Part shown: piece by piece, positions 54,813 to 64,000 of the stretch
Layout: every line of letters begins with the position of its first letter
How positions within the stretch are numbered: position 1 is the stretch's first letter
From: an uncultured delta proteobacterium
Lineage (GTDB): Bacteria; Desulfobacterota; Desulfobacteria; Desulfobacterales; Desulfosalsimonadaceae
NCBI GenBank assembly: GCA_963826785.1
Contig: CAWGYD010000009.1
Location: 24,773-88,772, forward strand
Direction: 5' to 3'
Length of the DNA: 64,000 bases
Notes under the pieces: generated by a model
Database searches by the model: none
What the model saw: the letters and a program-made list of their open reading frames with translations, nothing else
What the model was told of the DNA's origin: nothing
Translations under genes and position numbers: made by a program

Positions 54813-55745
54813 CTATCGGCGGATATTTCCGGGAAGAATGAAATTATAGCGCTTGCCGGCTGCACGGGTCCGCAAAAACCGGTCCAGCCGTCGAAGCGAC
54901 AAAAACAGGCGCCAGATAAAGGCATCATTTTTATAGTAGCGGTCCACTTCCGCCCGGTCCAGGGGGGGAATATCGTCATCAAGACCATCCCGCCCAAGCG
55001 TTTGGTTGATGATGCGGATGGCAGAATCGATGAGATCCGCCCTCCCCTCCTTGTGAAAATTGGCAACCAGATCGATGAGCACCAGCCGGGTATCATAGTA
55101 GCGATCCAGGACTTCCTGGAGAAACTGCCACCGCACCAGCCAGACCAGAAAACCGGGGCAGCTCTTCAAGAAAATCTCCGTATCCAGCTGCTCGATCCCG
55201 TTGATGCGAAACAACGGGGTGGTGACATCGAAATAGACGGGGGCTTTTTTCGGCACCAGGCTCCAGTTGGAAATCTGTCCATCGATGCCGAGTTGCTCCT
55301 CTTCGCCCGGATTCCGGTTGTGCCGCCACACGTGAAGGAGGCTTTCGATGACCGGCATGAGCAGATCTTCAAGTTCGGAAAAGTCGGCGTTTACCAGCCG
55401 CTGGTTGCCGATGGACCGGGACGGAAGCCGGGGCTGGGCCACATAGACGATCTGCTCCCCGTGACGATTGACCAGATCGTGAATTAAACACGGCGCCGCA
55501 TCGATCCCGCATTTTTCCGCTAAAAGGGTGCAGTATCGATCCACTGCCGTCCGGTAGGAACCGATCTTTTCGGTCGTGTCAAAGGGCGGCATCCGTTTAA
55601 AGGCGATGTCCGGCATATCGGGGATGGAAAATGTGGACGATATTTCGCCGTAGCCGAGAATATCCGGGACGACGGCGCTTTGTTGGGGAAAAGCCGGGTT
55701 CAGTCCGTTTTCGAAGATTTCGAGTTTTTCCGGATCGATGTTCAT
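54813..55745 (-). CDS. DUF6206-like protein with protein-kinase-like fold motifs
   Basis: LGYGEISS, AFKRM, IDGQISNW, YFDVTTP. Confidence 0.65.
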   Translation of the reverse strand: MNIDPEKLEIFENGLNPAFPQQSAVVPDILGYGEISSTFSIPDMPDIAFKRMPPFDTTEKIGSYRTAVDRYCTLLAEKCGIDAAPCLIHDLVNRHGEQIVYVAQPRLPSRSIGNQRLVNADFSELEDLLMPVIESLLHVWRHNRNPGEEEQLGIDGQISNWSLVPKKAPVYFDVTTPLFRINGIEQLDTEIFLKSCPGFLVWLVRWQFLQEVLDRYYDTRLVLIDLVANFHKEGRADLIDSAIRIINQTLGRDGLDDDIPPLDRAEVDRYYKNDAFIWRLFLSLRRLDRFLRTRAAGKRYNFILPGNIRR

Positions 55746-57020
55746 GCATTGTCCCCCGTCAGAAATCCTTGTGCGAATTCGGCCGCTCCCTGCAGGGCCG
55801 AATCGAGCCGCTGGAGAATTTCCTCAGCCAGTTTTTCTTCAATGATCAGCGGCGGCAGAAACTGAAGGACGGAAGTATCGTTTCCGGCATAGATGCACAG
55901 CAGCCCTGCGTCAAAGCAGGTCTTGGACAGGATGGGCCCGAATTCGGACCGGGTGGTTTTAATGCCGCTCATCAGCCCCTTCTGGCGAAATTCGACGATG
56001 ATTTCGGGATACTTGCCGATAAGCGCCCGCATCCCTGAGGCAAAGATATCGGCCAGCCGGTTGACATGCGCCAGAAAAGAAGGGGCAGATGAAATTTCAA
56101 GCACCTTCCGGGCCACCCCGCACCCGATGTCCGCGCCTCCCGTGGTGGAGATATGAATAAAGGGGTCATCATGAAAGACGGTTTCGATTTCCCTGCGGAT
56201 GATGGTGGCCGTGACCGGATAAATCCCGCCGCCCAGCCCTTTGGCCGAAACGATCATGTCCGGCAGTGCGCGAAAGTGTTCGATTCCCCAGAACGCCCCG
56301 GTTCGGCCCAGCCCGGTCTGCACCTCGTCCATGATCAACAGCGCGCCGTTTTGGTCGCACAGATTTTCGCACCTGAACATAAAAATCGTCATGGGCAATC
56401 GGCATCCCCAGGGTGGCAGGAATGGTTTCAAACATGACCGCGGCCGTGTCGGTGGATATTTCGGACTCAAGGGCCGCCGGATCATTGAAGGGCACCTGGA
56501 TAAAATCTGCGGAACTGGAGAAAAACGGGTCCCGGTATTTGGGGTCCCCGGCAGCCATGGCAATTCCGGTGTGGCCGTGATACCCGCCTATGGCGGTGAT
56601 GATTTTTTTGCGCCCGGTAAATTTCCGGGCGATTTTTACCGCCGTATCGATGGCCTCCCCCCCGCTGACCCCGAAAACGACATACGGCATATCCCCCGGG
56701 GAGAGATCGGACAGCGCTTGTGCCAGTTCCGCTTTCTGTTTGCTCACCAGGTGATGATTTCCGATATCCAGATGGGAAAGGGCATCGGTCATGGCGGCGA
56801 TAATCTCCGGGTGCCGGTGCCCCAGGTTGTATACCCCGCCGTTGCTGTGGCAGTTGATCAGCCGCTTTTTCCCATCGATGTCCCAGACAAAGGGCCCTTC
56901 ACGCCGGCCGAAAACGAAATCGAATCCGAACGATTTGAAAAACTCCGCCTTTTTGGAGGAAACATGCTTTGCATACAACTCGAACACCGAATTTTTCATA
57001 TCCGACATGGAATCTTTCAT
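55742..57020 (-). CDS. Class III PLP-dependent aminotransferase; one frameshift in the A run at about 56364-56367
   Basis: NLGHRHP, SGGEAID, GYHGHT; the other frame continues LIMDEVQTGLGRTG...SAKGLGGG. Confidence 0.88.
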
Positions 57021-57126
57021 CCGTTATCCTCTTGATCCGCTTGATCCGCTTCGTTCGCGTCGTGCGTACCCAGAAATTTGCGCACTGACGAAAGAAAAAT
57101 CAATGGTGAATGGTTAATCACAAACT

Positions 57127-60100
57127 TCACGATCGATAGGGCAACTCCAGGGTAAACACGCTGCCTTCCCCCGGGGTGCTTTGGCATTCAATGGTGCCGG
57201 ACAGGGTCTGGGTGACCAGGTTGTAGACCAGGTGCATGCCCAGCCCGGTTCCGCCGTGGGAGCGCTTGGTGGTAAAAAACGGGTCGAATATCTTTTTCAA
57301 CACCTCCGGCCGCATCCCCTTGCCGTTGTCCCGGTATACCAGGCGGATGCCGGTTTCATGACCTTCCGCTTCAATGATGATGGTACCGCTGTCCATCTGC
57401 TCGAAACCGTGAATGAGCGAATTCATGATAAGATTGGTGAGGATCTGGGCGAAGGCGCCGGGGAACCCGTCGATTTCCAGGTGTTCCGGGCATTTTACCT
57501 CGATGTGATGATTGGTTTTCTTGTAGCGGGGCCGGATGCTGAGCAGCAGTTCATCGATGTAGAGCCGGAGGTTGAATTTGCGCCGCTCTTCGGCGGACTG
57601 GTCCACCGCCACCTGCTTGAAGCTTCTGATCAGGTCGGCCGCGCGTTTCAGGTTGGACAGAATCAGCCGGGAGGCCTCCATGGCGGAACGAAAATATTTT
57701 GAAAGCGCCTCGGGGGAAAGCCCTTCGGATTCCATCTTTTTGCCGATGGCCTCCGTCTGATCATGCATGTAGGAAGCTGCGGTCACGGCAACGCCCACCG
57801 GTGTATTGACCTCGTGGGCCACTCCCGCCACCAGGCTGCCCAGAGAGACCATTTTTTCCGATTCCACCAGGTGCTTCTGGGTCTTTTTCAGCCGGTCCAG
57901 AGACTCCTCCAGTTCGGCGGTCCGCTTAAGAACCCGTTCTTCAAGCTCCTCGTTGAGTTTGCGGATTTCCTCTTCGGCCAGTTTCCGATCCGTAATATCG
58001 GTGACCATGGCAAAAGACCCGGTCTGGGTCAGTCCTTCAAAGAGCGGCGTCGCCTTGATCAGGCAGTGGACGCTGGTATTGTCCGGCCGCTGAAACCGGA
58101 CCTCATAGGTGCCCCGCTTCCCCTGCCGCCGAAGATCCAGCTCATTTTTGAATTGATCCGCGTTTTCCTGGTCCAGGGTGGTCAGCAGATTTCTGCCGAT
58201 GATCTGGGACCGGGCCATGCCCAGGATCTTGCACATTTCGGGATTGACGTCCTTGATGTAGGCGGCCGTGTCCAATTCGATGAAGCCTTCCTTGGCGGTT
58301 CGGATCAGCGTCCGCCATTTGGCCTCCGTCTGCTTGATCCCGTCATAGAGCAGTGCGTTTTCAATGGAAATGGCGGCCTGGGACGTGATGATCTCCAGAA
58401 TTTTCCGGCGCTCCGGGGTAAAGGCGCCGGATACCAGGTTGTTCTCCGCATAGAACAGGGCCACCAGCTTGTTCTGGTGCAGCACCGGGATGCACAGGAC
58501 AGAGCGCGGCTTTTTCCGGGCGATATAAGCGTCGTCCGCATAAAAAGGCTCCTCGGCCGCATCATCGATAAACAGCGGCTCCCGGGTCCTTTCCACGAAA
58601 CGGATGATGGATTTGGGCAGATACAGATCGGCATCCACGGGCCTGGAATGAAGGACTTTGAGGGGTTCGTCCCCTGCGCTTTTTTCCGCCTCCACCACCA
58701 GCTTATCCTCCCGCTTCAGGATCAGGCATCCGGATTGGGCCCCCGCGTTTTCGATCATGATGTGCATCAGCTTCTTTAACAGTTCTTCAATTTCAATTTC
58801 GCCCGAAATGGCCTGAAACGCCTTCAGCACGGAAAGTGAATCAATGGACCCGGAGGCCGTTCCGGTGGTGCTGGTGGTAAACGCATCGGGTTCGATGGGG
58901 GCGCGGCCCGTCTGCAAAGGCCGGTCCAGCAGATCCGGGTATTGCCGCTCCATGTGATGGACCTTGGCGGCGGCGCCCCAGACCTGAAAATCATGGCGGG
59001 CCCGGGACAGATAAAGCCGGGCGATTTCGGTTTCCCCCTGATCCATCCAGAAACGGGCGCAGCACTCGTTGGCCACGGCGCGTTCATGGATATAACCGTT
59101 TCTTCCGGCCGATTCGATGGATTCCCGGTAGAATCGCCGGGCCGAGTCGTCCCGGTTGCGGACCCGGGCGATTTCAGCGGCGATCAGCAGATATTTGTGC
59201 AGAAAATTCTCCGGGACATGGCGGGCAAGTTTTTTCATCTTTCGGGCATCTGCGCAGGCCTTTGCCACCAGCCTCTTTTTTTTCAGGCGAGAGGATTCCC
59301 GGGCGCGGCGCAGCCGGGAAATTGAGGCAAAGAACATCATCATGGGGATGTAAAGCATGCTGGTGACGCCGTCGGCATATGCTTCGGCCCGACGGGCGTA
59401 TTCAACGGCCTCCCCGTGGCGGTCAAAAAGACTGGAAAGCACCAGTTGGTGCAGGTAAAGATCGAATATGGCGGTCCGGTCATTGGCGGCCTGATGAATG
59501 GGGAGCATTTCTTCGAAATTGCAGATCTCCCCGGCCAGCATATGGGGGACGGGGTCCTTTCGGCGGAGATTGAACACCGTCTGGTGCCATATCCGGTGAA
59601 AATACCAGGCGGTCTGCTGATGCAGTTTTTGAATGATGGTGCCGTACTGCTCAAAATCAGCTTCCAGGTCCGCCAGGTTACGGCCGACGCAGAAGCTGTT
59701 GCAGCAATGGACATGGACCCCGTATGCCGCATACTCCAGGTCACCGGTTTCAAGGCCGCTTCTGTAGGCATCCAGCAGGGGCTTCAAAGTGGTCTTGGCA
59801 TGGGATTTCCAGTGCCGGATCTGGGAATTGTAAATCACCTGCACCTTGGTTTCAAGGTTCCGGTCTTCGCGTTTTTCCTGCAGCTGGCAGGCGATCTCCC
59901 CGAACCGGATACCGGAGGGGATGTTTCCGGTGACCCCGCATTCGATCAGCCCGTAGACGGCAAATGCGGTGGCTGAGTCAGAAGCGGCGCCGTACCGGGC
60001 GGTCAGCCGGATCTGGTGGCAGGCAATCAGGGGAAGAAGCTTGGGGACGCTGAAGAAGGCGGCGGATGCGGTCCGCGTCAGGATTCGCATGGTGGCGATC

Positions 60101-62796
60101 TTCAACGGATCTCTCATCTGATCGCCATCGACGATCTCACCCATTGATTTCCGGAAAAACAGCAGCTTTGTCCGGGTCAGCCAGAAAAGAATCGTCGGCA
60201 GCGACGGCCTGCGCGGAAGCCTGATGCCCAGGGCCTTCAGGGCGCCGGTGGAGGTGCTGATGGCATCGGTGAGCCGGTTTTGCACAATATAGGCCATGAT
60301 CTGCGTCTCGTAGACGCCGACCCGGTCGATCAACGATCGGGCATGGGCAAGGACCTGGGCCGCAAGGGTTTCCATGCGGGGAAAATCTGAATTCAGATAG
60401 GCCATTTCCACGGCTTCTACGTGCAGGTCCAATGTCAGCGCATACCAGCGTTTCCAGGCGGTATCGGGCAGATGCCGCAGGCCGGCGGAAAAATAATCAT
60501 AGGCGGACTCAAATGCCGCCGACGTTTTGGCCTTGCGGCCGGCTTCGAGATTCAACCGCGCGGAAGTTTCGATTTCTTCGTCGTCGATATTGAATTCCTG
60601 CCCCCGGTTCCAGTGGATCACCATATCGAACAGCCGCTCCTCCCGCTCCTGGGGGGAAAGGCTGTCCAGCATCAGCCGGCCGATCTGCAGGTGGCGCTCC
60701 CCTCTTTTGTGCTCATCCTGGAGGGAATAAACGGCCTGGTGAATGCGGTCATGTGAAAACACGTAGGCCATGGTTTTCGGGTCGTGTCCGTTTGCTGCGC
60801 CCGGATCCATCGCCGCGTCATAGGGTCCGATCAACCCCTCCTTCAGCGGGATGGTCAGCCGGTCTTCAATTTCGCCTGAGATCTGCCCGGTCAGCAGCGA
60901 CAGGGTGTTGATGTCAAACCGGGTGCCGATGCAGGCGGCATAATTTAAAATTTCAAGCGAGGGTTCCGGCAGTTTCCGGATCTTTCCCACCATCAGTTCG
61001 ATCACGTTGTCCGACATTTCCATTTGCCGAAGCTTTTCAAGGTCCCATCGCCATTTTTTTTCCACCCCGTCAAAGTGGAAGCCGCCCTCCGCGTGCATCA
61101 ACATCAGCAGCTGATTTAAGAAAAGCGGATTGCCATGGGTTTTGGTGAAACAGAGCTCGGCAAACGGCTTGACCGCATCAAGTGGCGCAGACAGGGCATC
61201 GGACAGGAGCTTCCCGATGTGGATTTGATCGAGGGGCTCGAGCCGGATAAAGCGGATATCGACATTGGCTTCGGCCATCCGGCTCAAAGACCGGGTCAAT
61301 AAATCGTCTTTTTCCACGTTCGGCTCTCTGAAAGTGCCGATGACCAGCAGGCTCAATTCATCGAGCCCGGTCAGGAGCATCTCCACCAGCTTCAAAGAGG
61401 GCAGATCCGCCCATTGCAGATCATCCAGGAAGATCACCAGCGGATGTTCCCTGGCGGCAAACAGATGGACAAACTTTTCAAAGATCATGTGAAACCGGTT
61501 CCGTGATTCCAGGCCGGGCAAATCGGATACCGGGGGCTGTTTTCCGGTGATCATTTCCAGTTCGGGAATGACATCGATGATCAGTCTGGCGTTTGCCCCC
61601 AGGGCATGCCCCAGCTGTTCCTTCCAGGCGGCAACCGATTCGGGGCTCCGGGACAACACCTGCAGAATCAGCCGCCGAAAGGCTGAAATCAGTGGCTCAT
61701 AGGGGATGTCGCGCTTGAGCTTGTCGAATTTACCGGTGGTGTAAAACCCGCCCCGGCTGACCACGGTCCGCTGGATTTCGCCCACCAGGGACGACTTGCC
61801 GATGCCCGCATTTCCGGATACCACCACCATCCGCTTCCGGCCCCGGCTCACGGCATCATAGGCCGCCAGAAGCGCTTCGATCTCGTTTCCCCGATGATAC
61901 AGCGTATTGGGAAGGCGGAACTGGCTGGCCACATCCTTGAGCCCGATCTTGAACATGCGGATCCGTCCGTCGGCCTGCAGCATCGACAAACAGGTCTCAA
62001 GATCGGCCTTCAACCCGGCGGCGCTCTGGTACCGCTGGTCCGCGGTCTTGGACATCAGTTTCAAAACAATATCGGACAGCACCTCCGGAATTTCGGGATG
62101 GATGCGGCAGGGCGGCTCCGGACTCTTGGTAAAATGCAGGTACACCAGTTCCATGGGATCCCTGGCCACGAACGGCAGTGAACCGGTCAGGATTTCATAG
62201 AAGGCCACCCCCAGCGAATACAGGTCGGTCCTGAAATCCATGGCCCGATTCATGCGGCCGGTCTGCTCCGGTGACATGTAGGAAAGGGTTCCCTCAAACA
62301 CTTCCGAAGGCATGAGTTCGGCTTTTTCCCGGGAGAGTTGGGCGCTGATGCCGAAATCAATGAGTTTCACCTGGCCGGTCTGGCTGTTGAAGACGATATT
62401 GGTGGGGTTGATATCCTTATGGATGATGAACTGCTGGTGGATGTCGCCAACCACTTCGGCGATGCGGATGAACAGCTCCAGCACCTCATCCAGTTCGATC
62501 CGGCCGTAATCGATGCACCGGTCCAGGGAAGTCCCGCCGAAATCCTCCATGATGATGGCCGGCCGCTCCTGTGCGGCCTCCATGCCGTAAACCCGCACCA
62601 CGCTGTAGGATTTAAGACTTCGCAGCATCATGTATTCCTGCTGGAAACGATGGGCTTCCGGAATGGCGGGATACGGGTTTTTCAGCGTCTTTATCATCAC
62701 CGGAAGATTGTCGAAGCTGCGTCGGCCCTGGTAGATGGACGAACGCCTGCCGTCATAGATCTGCTGCTGGATTAAATAGCCGGGAATGATCAGCAT
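57127..62796 (-). CDS. Hybrid Ser/Thr kinase - AAA ATPase - helical repeats - GAF - PAS - histidine kinase
   Basis: HKDINPTN/DFG/YMSPEQTGR; GNAGIGKS and DDLQWAD; GAF (ENAGAQ...SQAAISIENA); PAS; AHEVNTP H-box; FFTTK, GTGLG. Confidence 0.93.
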   Translation of the reverse strand: MLIIPGYLIQQQIYDGRRSSIYQGRRSFDNLPVMIKTLKNPYPAIPEAHRFQQEYMMLRSLKSYSVVRVYGMEAAQERPAIIMEDFGGTSLDRCIDYGRIELDEVLELFIRIAEVVGDIHQQFIIHKDINPTNIVFNSQTGQVKLIDFGISAQLSREKAELMPSEVFEGTLSYMSPEQTGRMNRAMDFRTDLYSLGVAFYEILTGSLPFVARDPMELVYLHFTKSPEPPCRIHPEIPEVLSDIVLKLMSKTADQRYQSAAGLKADLETCLSMLQADGRIRMFKIGLKDVASQFRLPNTLYHRGNEIEALLAAYDAVSRGRKRMVVVSGNAGIGKSSLVGEIQRTVVSRGGFYTTGKFDKLKRDIPYEPLISAFRRLILQVLSRSPESVAAWKEQLGHALGANARLIIDVIPELEMITGKQPPVSDLPGLESRNRFHMIFEKFVHLFAAREHPLVIFLDDLQWADLPSLKLVEMLLTGLDELSLLVIGTFREPNVEKDDLLTRSLSRMAEANVDIRFIRLEPLDQIHIGKLLSDALSAPLDAVKPFAELCFTKTHGNPLFLNQLLMLMHAEGGFHFDGVEKKWRWDLEKLRQMEMSDNVIELMVGKIRKLPEPSLEILNYAACIGTRFDINTLSLLTGQISGEIEDRLTIPLKEGLIGPYDAAMDPGAANGHDPKTMAYVFSHDRIHQAVYSLQDEHKRGERHLQIGRLMLDSLSPQEREERLFDMVIHWNRGQEFNIDDEEIETSARLNLEAGRKAKTSAAFESAYDYFSAGLRHLPDTAWKRWYALTLDLHVEAVEMAYLNSDFPRMETLAAQVLAHARSLIDRVGVYETQIMAYIVQNRLTDAISTSTGALKALGIRLPRRPSLPTILFWLTRTKLLFFRKSMGEIVDGDQMRDPLKIATMRILTRTASAAFFSVPKLLPLIACHQIRLTARYGAASDSATAFAVYGLIECGVTGNIPSGIRFGEIACQLQEKREDRNLETKVQVIYNSQIRHWKSHAKTTLKPLLDAYRSGLETGDLEYAAYGVHVHCCNSFCVGRNLADLEADFEQYGTIIQKLHQQTAWYFHRIWHQTVFNLRRKDPVPHMLAGEICNFEEMLPIHQAANDRTAIFDLYLHQLVLSSLFDRHGEAVEYARRAEAYADGVTSMLYIPMMMFFASISRLRRARESSRLKKKRLVAKACADARKMKKLARHVPENFLHKYLLIAAEIARVRNRDDSARRFYRESIESAGRNGYIHERAVANECCARFWMDQGETEIARLYLSRARHDFQVWGAAAKVHHMERQYPDLLDRPLQTGRAPIEPDAFTTSTTGTASGSIDSLSVLKAFQAISGEIEIEELLKKLMHIMIENAGAQSGCLILKREDKLVVEAEKSAGDEPLKVLHSRPVDADLYLPKSIIRFVERTREPLFIDDAAEEPFYADDAYIARKKPRSVLCIPVLHQNKLVALFYAENNLVSGAFTPERRKILEIITSQAAISIENALLYDGIKQTEAKWRTLIRTAKEGFIELDTAAYIKDVNPEMCKILGMARSQIIGRNLLTTLDQENADQFKNELDLRRQGKRGTYEVRFQRPDNTSVHCLIKATPLFEGLTQTGSFAMVTDITDRKLAEEEIRKLNEELEERVLKRTAELEESLDRLKKTQKHLVESEKMVSLGSLVAGVAHEVNTPVGVAVTAASYMHDQTEAIGKKMESEGLSPEALSKYFRSAMEASRLILSNLKRAADLIRSFKQVAVDQSAEERRKFNLRLYIDELLLSIRPRYKKTNHHIEVKCPEHLEIDGFPGAFAQILTNLIMNSLIHGFEQMDSGTIIIEAEGHETGIRLVYRDNGKGMRPEVLKKIFDPFFTTKRSHGGTGLGMHLVYNLVTQTLSGTIECQSTPGEGSVFTLELPYRS

Positions 62797-63195
62797 CGGA
62801 CGCTCCGGATGATAAACGCCGGGCCTGGCAAAAAAATATGGCCGGGGCCGGCTAAACATCATGATTATTAAAAAATTAATATAGTTATATCTAAACCGGG
62901 TCATGAAAAAGAGTCAAGCGTTTTTGCCGGGTCGCCTTGGGCAAAGAACGAATTCAATGGGGCCGGAGCGGCAATTTTCTGTTGCACCCCCTTAAAATTT
63001 CAGGTTAATTAGTGACCAATCCGTAAAACCGGATAAATTGGGGCATCTGGTTTGCCCGATAAACAGGCATCGTATCGATACAATATATTTTTTCTCTCGC
63101 AAATGAGGCAAAGAAAAACGTCTTTTTTTCGAGAACCCCTTTTGTTGTTTCCCGACAAAAAACCACTATTTTTCAAATGAGCATCAGCAGCCGGA

Positions 63196-64000
63196 ATGCG
63201 GATTAAAAGACTCGACATCATCGGATTCAAATCATTTCCCGATAGGTGCGCCATTGAATTTCCGGCAGGCGTATCCGCCATCGTCGGCCCCAACGGCTGC
63301 GGTAAAAGCAATATCATGGATGCCATCAAATGGGTTATGGGGGAGCAGAGCGTCAAGCAGCTCAGGGGAAAGGCCATGGGGGATGTCATTTTCGCAGGCG
63401 CAGAAAAGCGTCCGGCCTTGAACCTGGCCGAAGTTTCCCTGGTCCTTTCCAGCGACGGCACCATCGAAAAGGAAACCGCCCCCCGGCTGACCGAAGTCAT
63501 GATCACCCGCCGGATCTACCGCTCCGGTGAAAGCGTTTATCTGATCAACAAGATCCCCTGCCGGCTCAAGGACATTCACCAGGTGTTTTTGGGCAGCGGC
63601 ATGGGGGCCCGGTCTTACGCCATCGTCCAGCAGGGAAATATCGGCGCCATTACGGATGCCACCCCCGAGGAGCGGCGGACCATCATCGAGGAAGCCGCCG
63701 GCGTGACCAAGTACAAAGCGCGCAAGCATGAAGCCCAGTCCAAGGTGGCTTCAACCCGGCAGAACCTGCTGCGGTTAAATGACATTATCGAGGAAATCCG
63801 GCAGCAGATGAACAGTCTGCACCGCCAGGCAAACAAAGCCAGGCGCTACCAGGAGATCCGGGAAAAGCTGAAGCATGCCGACATTCTGGTTTCGGTGTAC
63901 CATTACGAAACCCTCTCCATCCGCATTGCGGAAACCGAATCCCTCTTGAAAACACTCAGGGAAAAAGATGGCCTTCATGCCCGTCAACTCAAAAAACTGG
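63196..64000 (+). CDS. smc: Chromosome partition protein Smc (N-terminal part, runs off the window; absent from the ORF track)
   Basis: MRIKRLDIIGFKSF...IVGPNGCGKSNIMDAIKWVMGEQS...DVIFAG...QQG...IEEAAG. Confidence 0.96.
   Translation, partial: MRIKRLDIIGFKSFPDRCAIEFPAGVSAIVGPNGCGKSNIMDAIKWVMGEQSVKQLRGKAMGDVIFAGAEKRPALNLAEVSLVLSSDGTIEKETAPRLTEVMITRRIYRSGESVYLINKIPCRLKDIHQVFLGSGMGARSYAIVQQGNIGAITDATPEERRTIIEEAAGVTKYKARKHEAQSKVASTRQNLLRLNDIIEEIRQQMNSLHRQANKARRYQEIREKLKHADILVSVYHYETLSIRIAETESLLKTLREKDGLHARQLKKL

Noticed and set aside
57030..57049. Tandem CTTGATCCG repeat upstream of the aminotransferase
   Set aside because: Only two short copies; could be chance
63009..63987. Minus-strand ORFs at the right end
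   Set aside because: Antisense to the clear smc reading frame starting at 63196

Overview
Bacterial chromosomal window that looks like a sulfate-reducing Desulfobacterota (Desulfobacterales-like) genome; this is inferred from the Ahb heme pathway, a HesB selenoprotein and gene content. The left two-thirds is mostly core genes: holA, lgt, lspA, ileS, dtd, dacB, folE2, ttcA, rpoZ, greA, leuB, psd, tsaB, lon, pilD, HU, ndk, lepA, nadC, valS, rsmE, tRNA-Phe, ahbC-hemB-ahbD and nagZ. About 41.4-57.0 kb is accessory: glpD, a divergent SDR/TPP-enzyme/enolase/FNT and GH15/membrane/double-ferritin/YihY cluster, and a class III PLP enzyme + kinase-fold protein + Ntn-hydrolase operon. The window ends with a giant Ser/Thr-kinase/histidine-kinase hybrid and the start of smc. 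Most notable: a PopZ-like acidic scaffold gene directly upstream of valS outside Alphaproteobacteria; the PLP/kinase/Ntn operon; a UGA-readthrough HesB selenoprotein missed by the ORF track; and helicase-exonuclease, rhomboid-DnaJ_C and extended ClpX-like architectures. Several single-base indels (holA, rhomboid, ahbD, aminotransferase, about six in the TPP enzyme) suggest long-read consensus errors. No CRISPR array, rRNA, transposase or integrase was seen. All family calls come from motif recognition; no database search was run.
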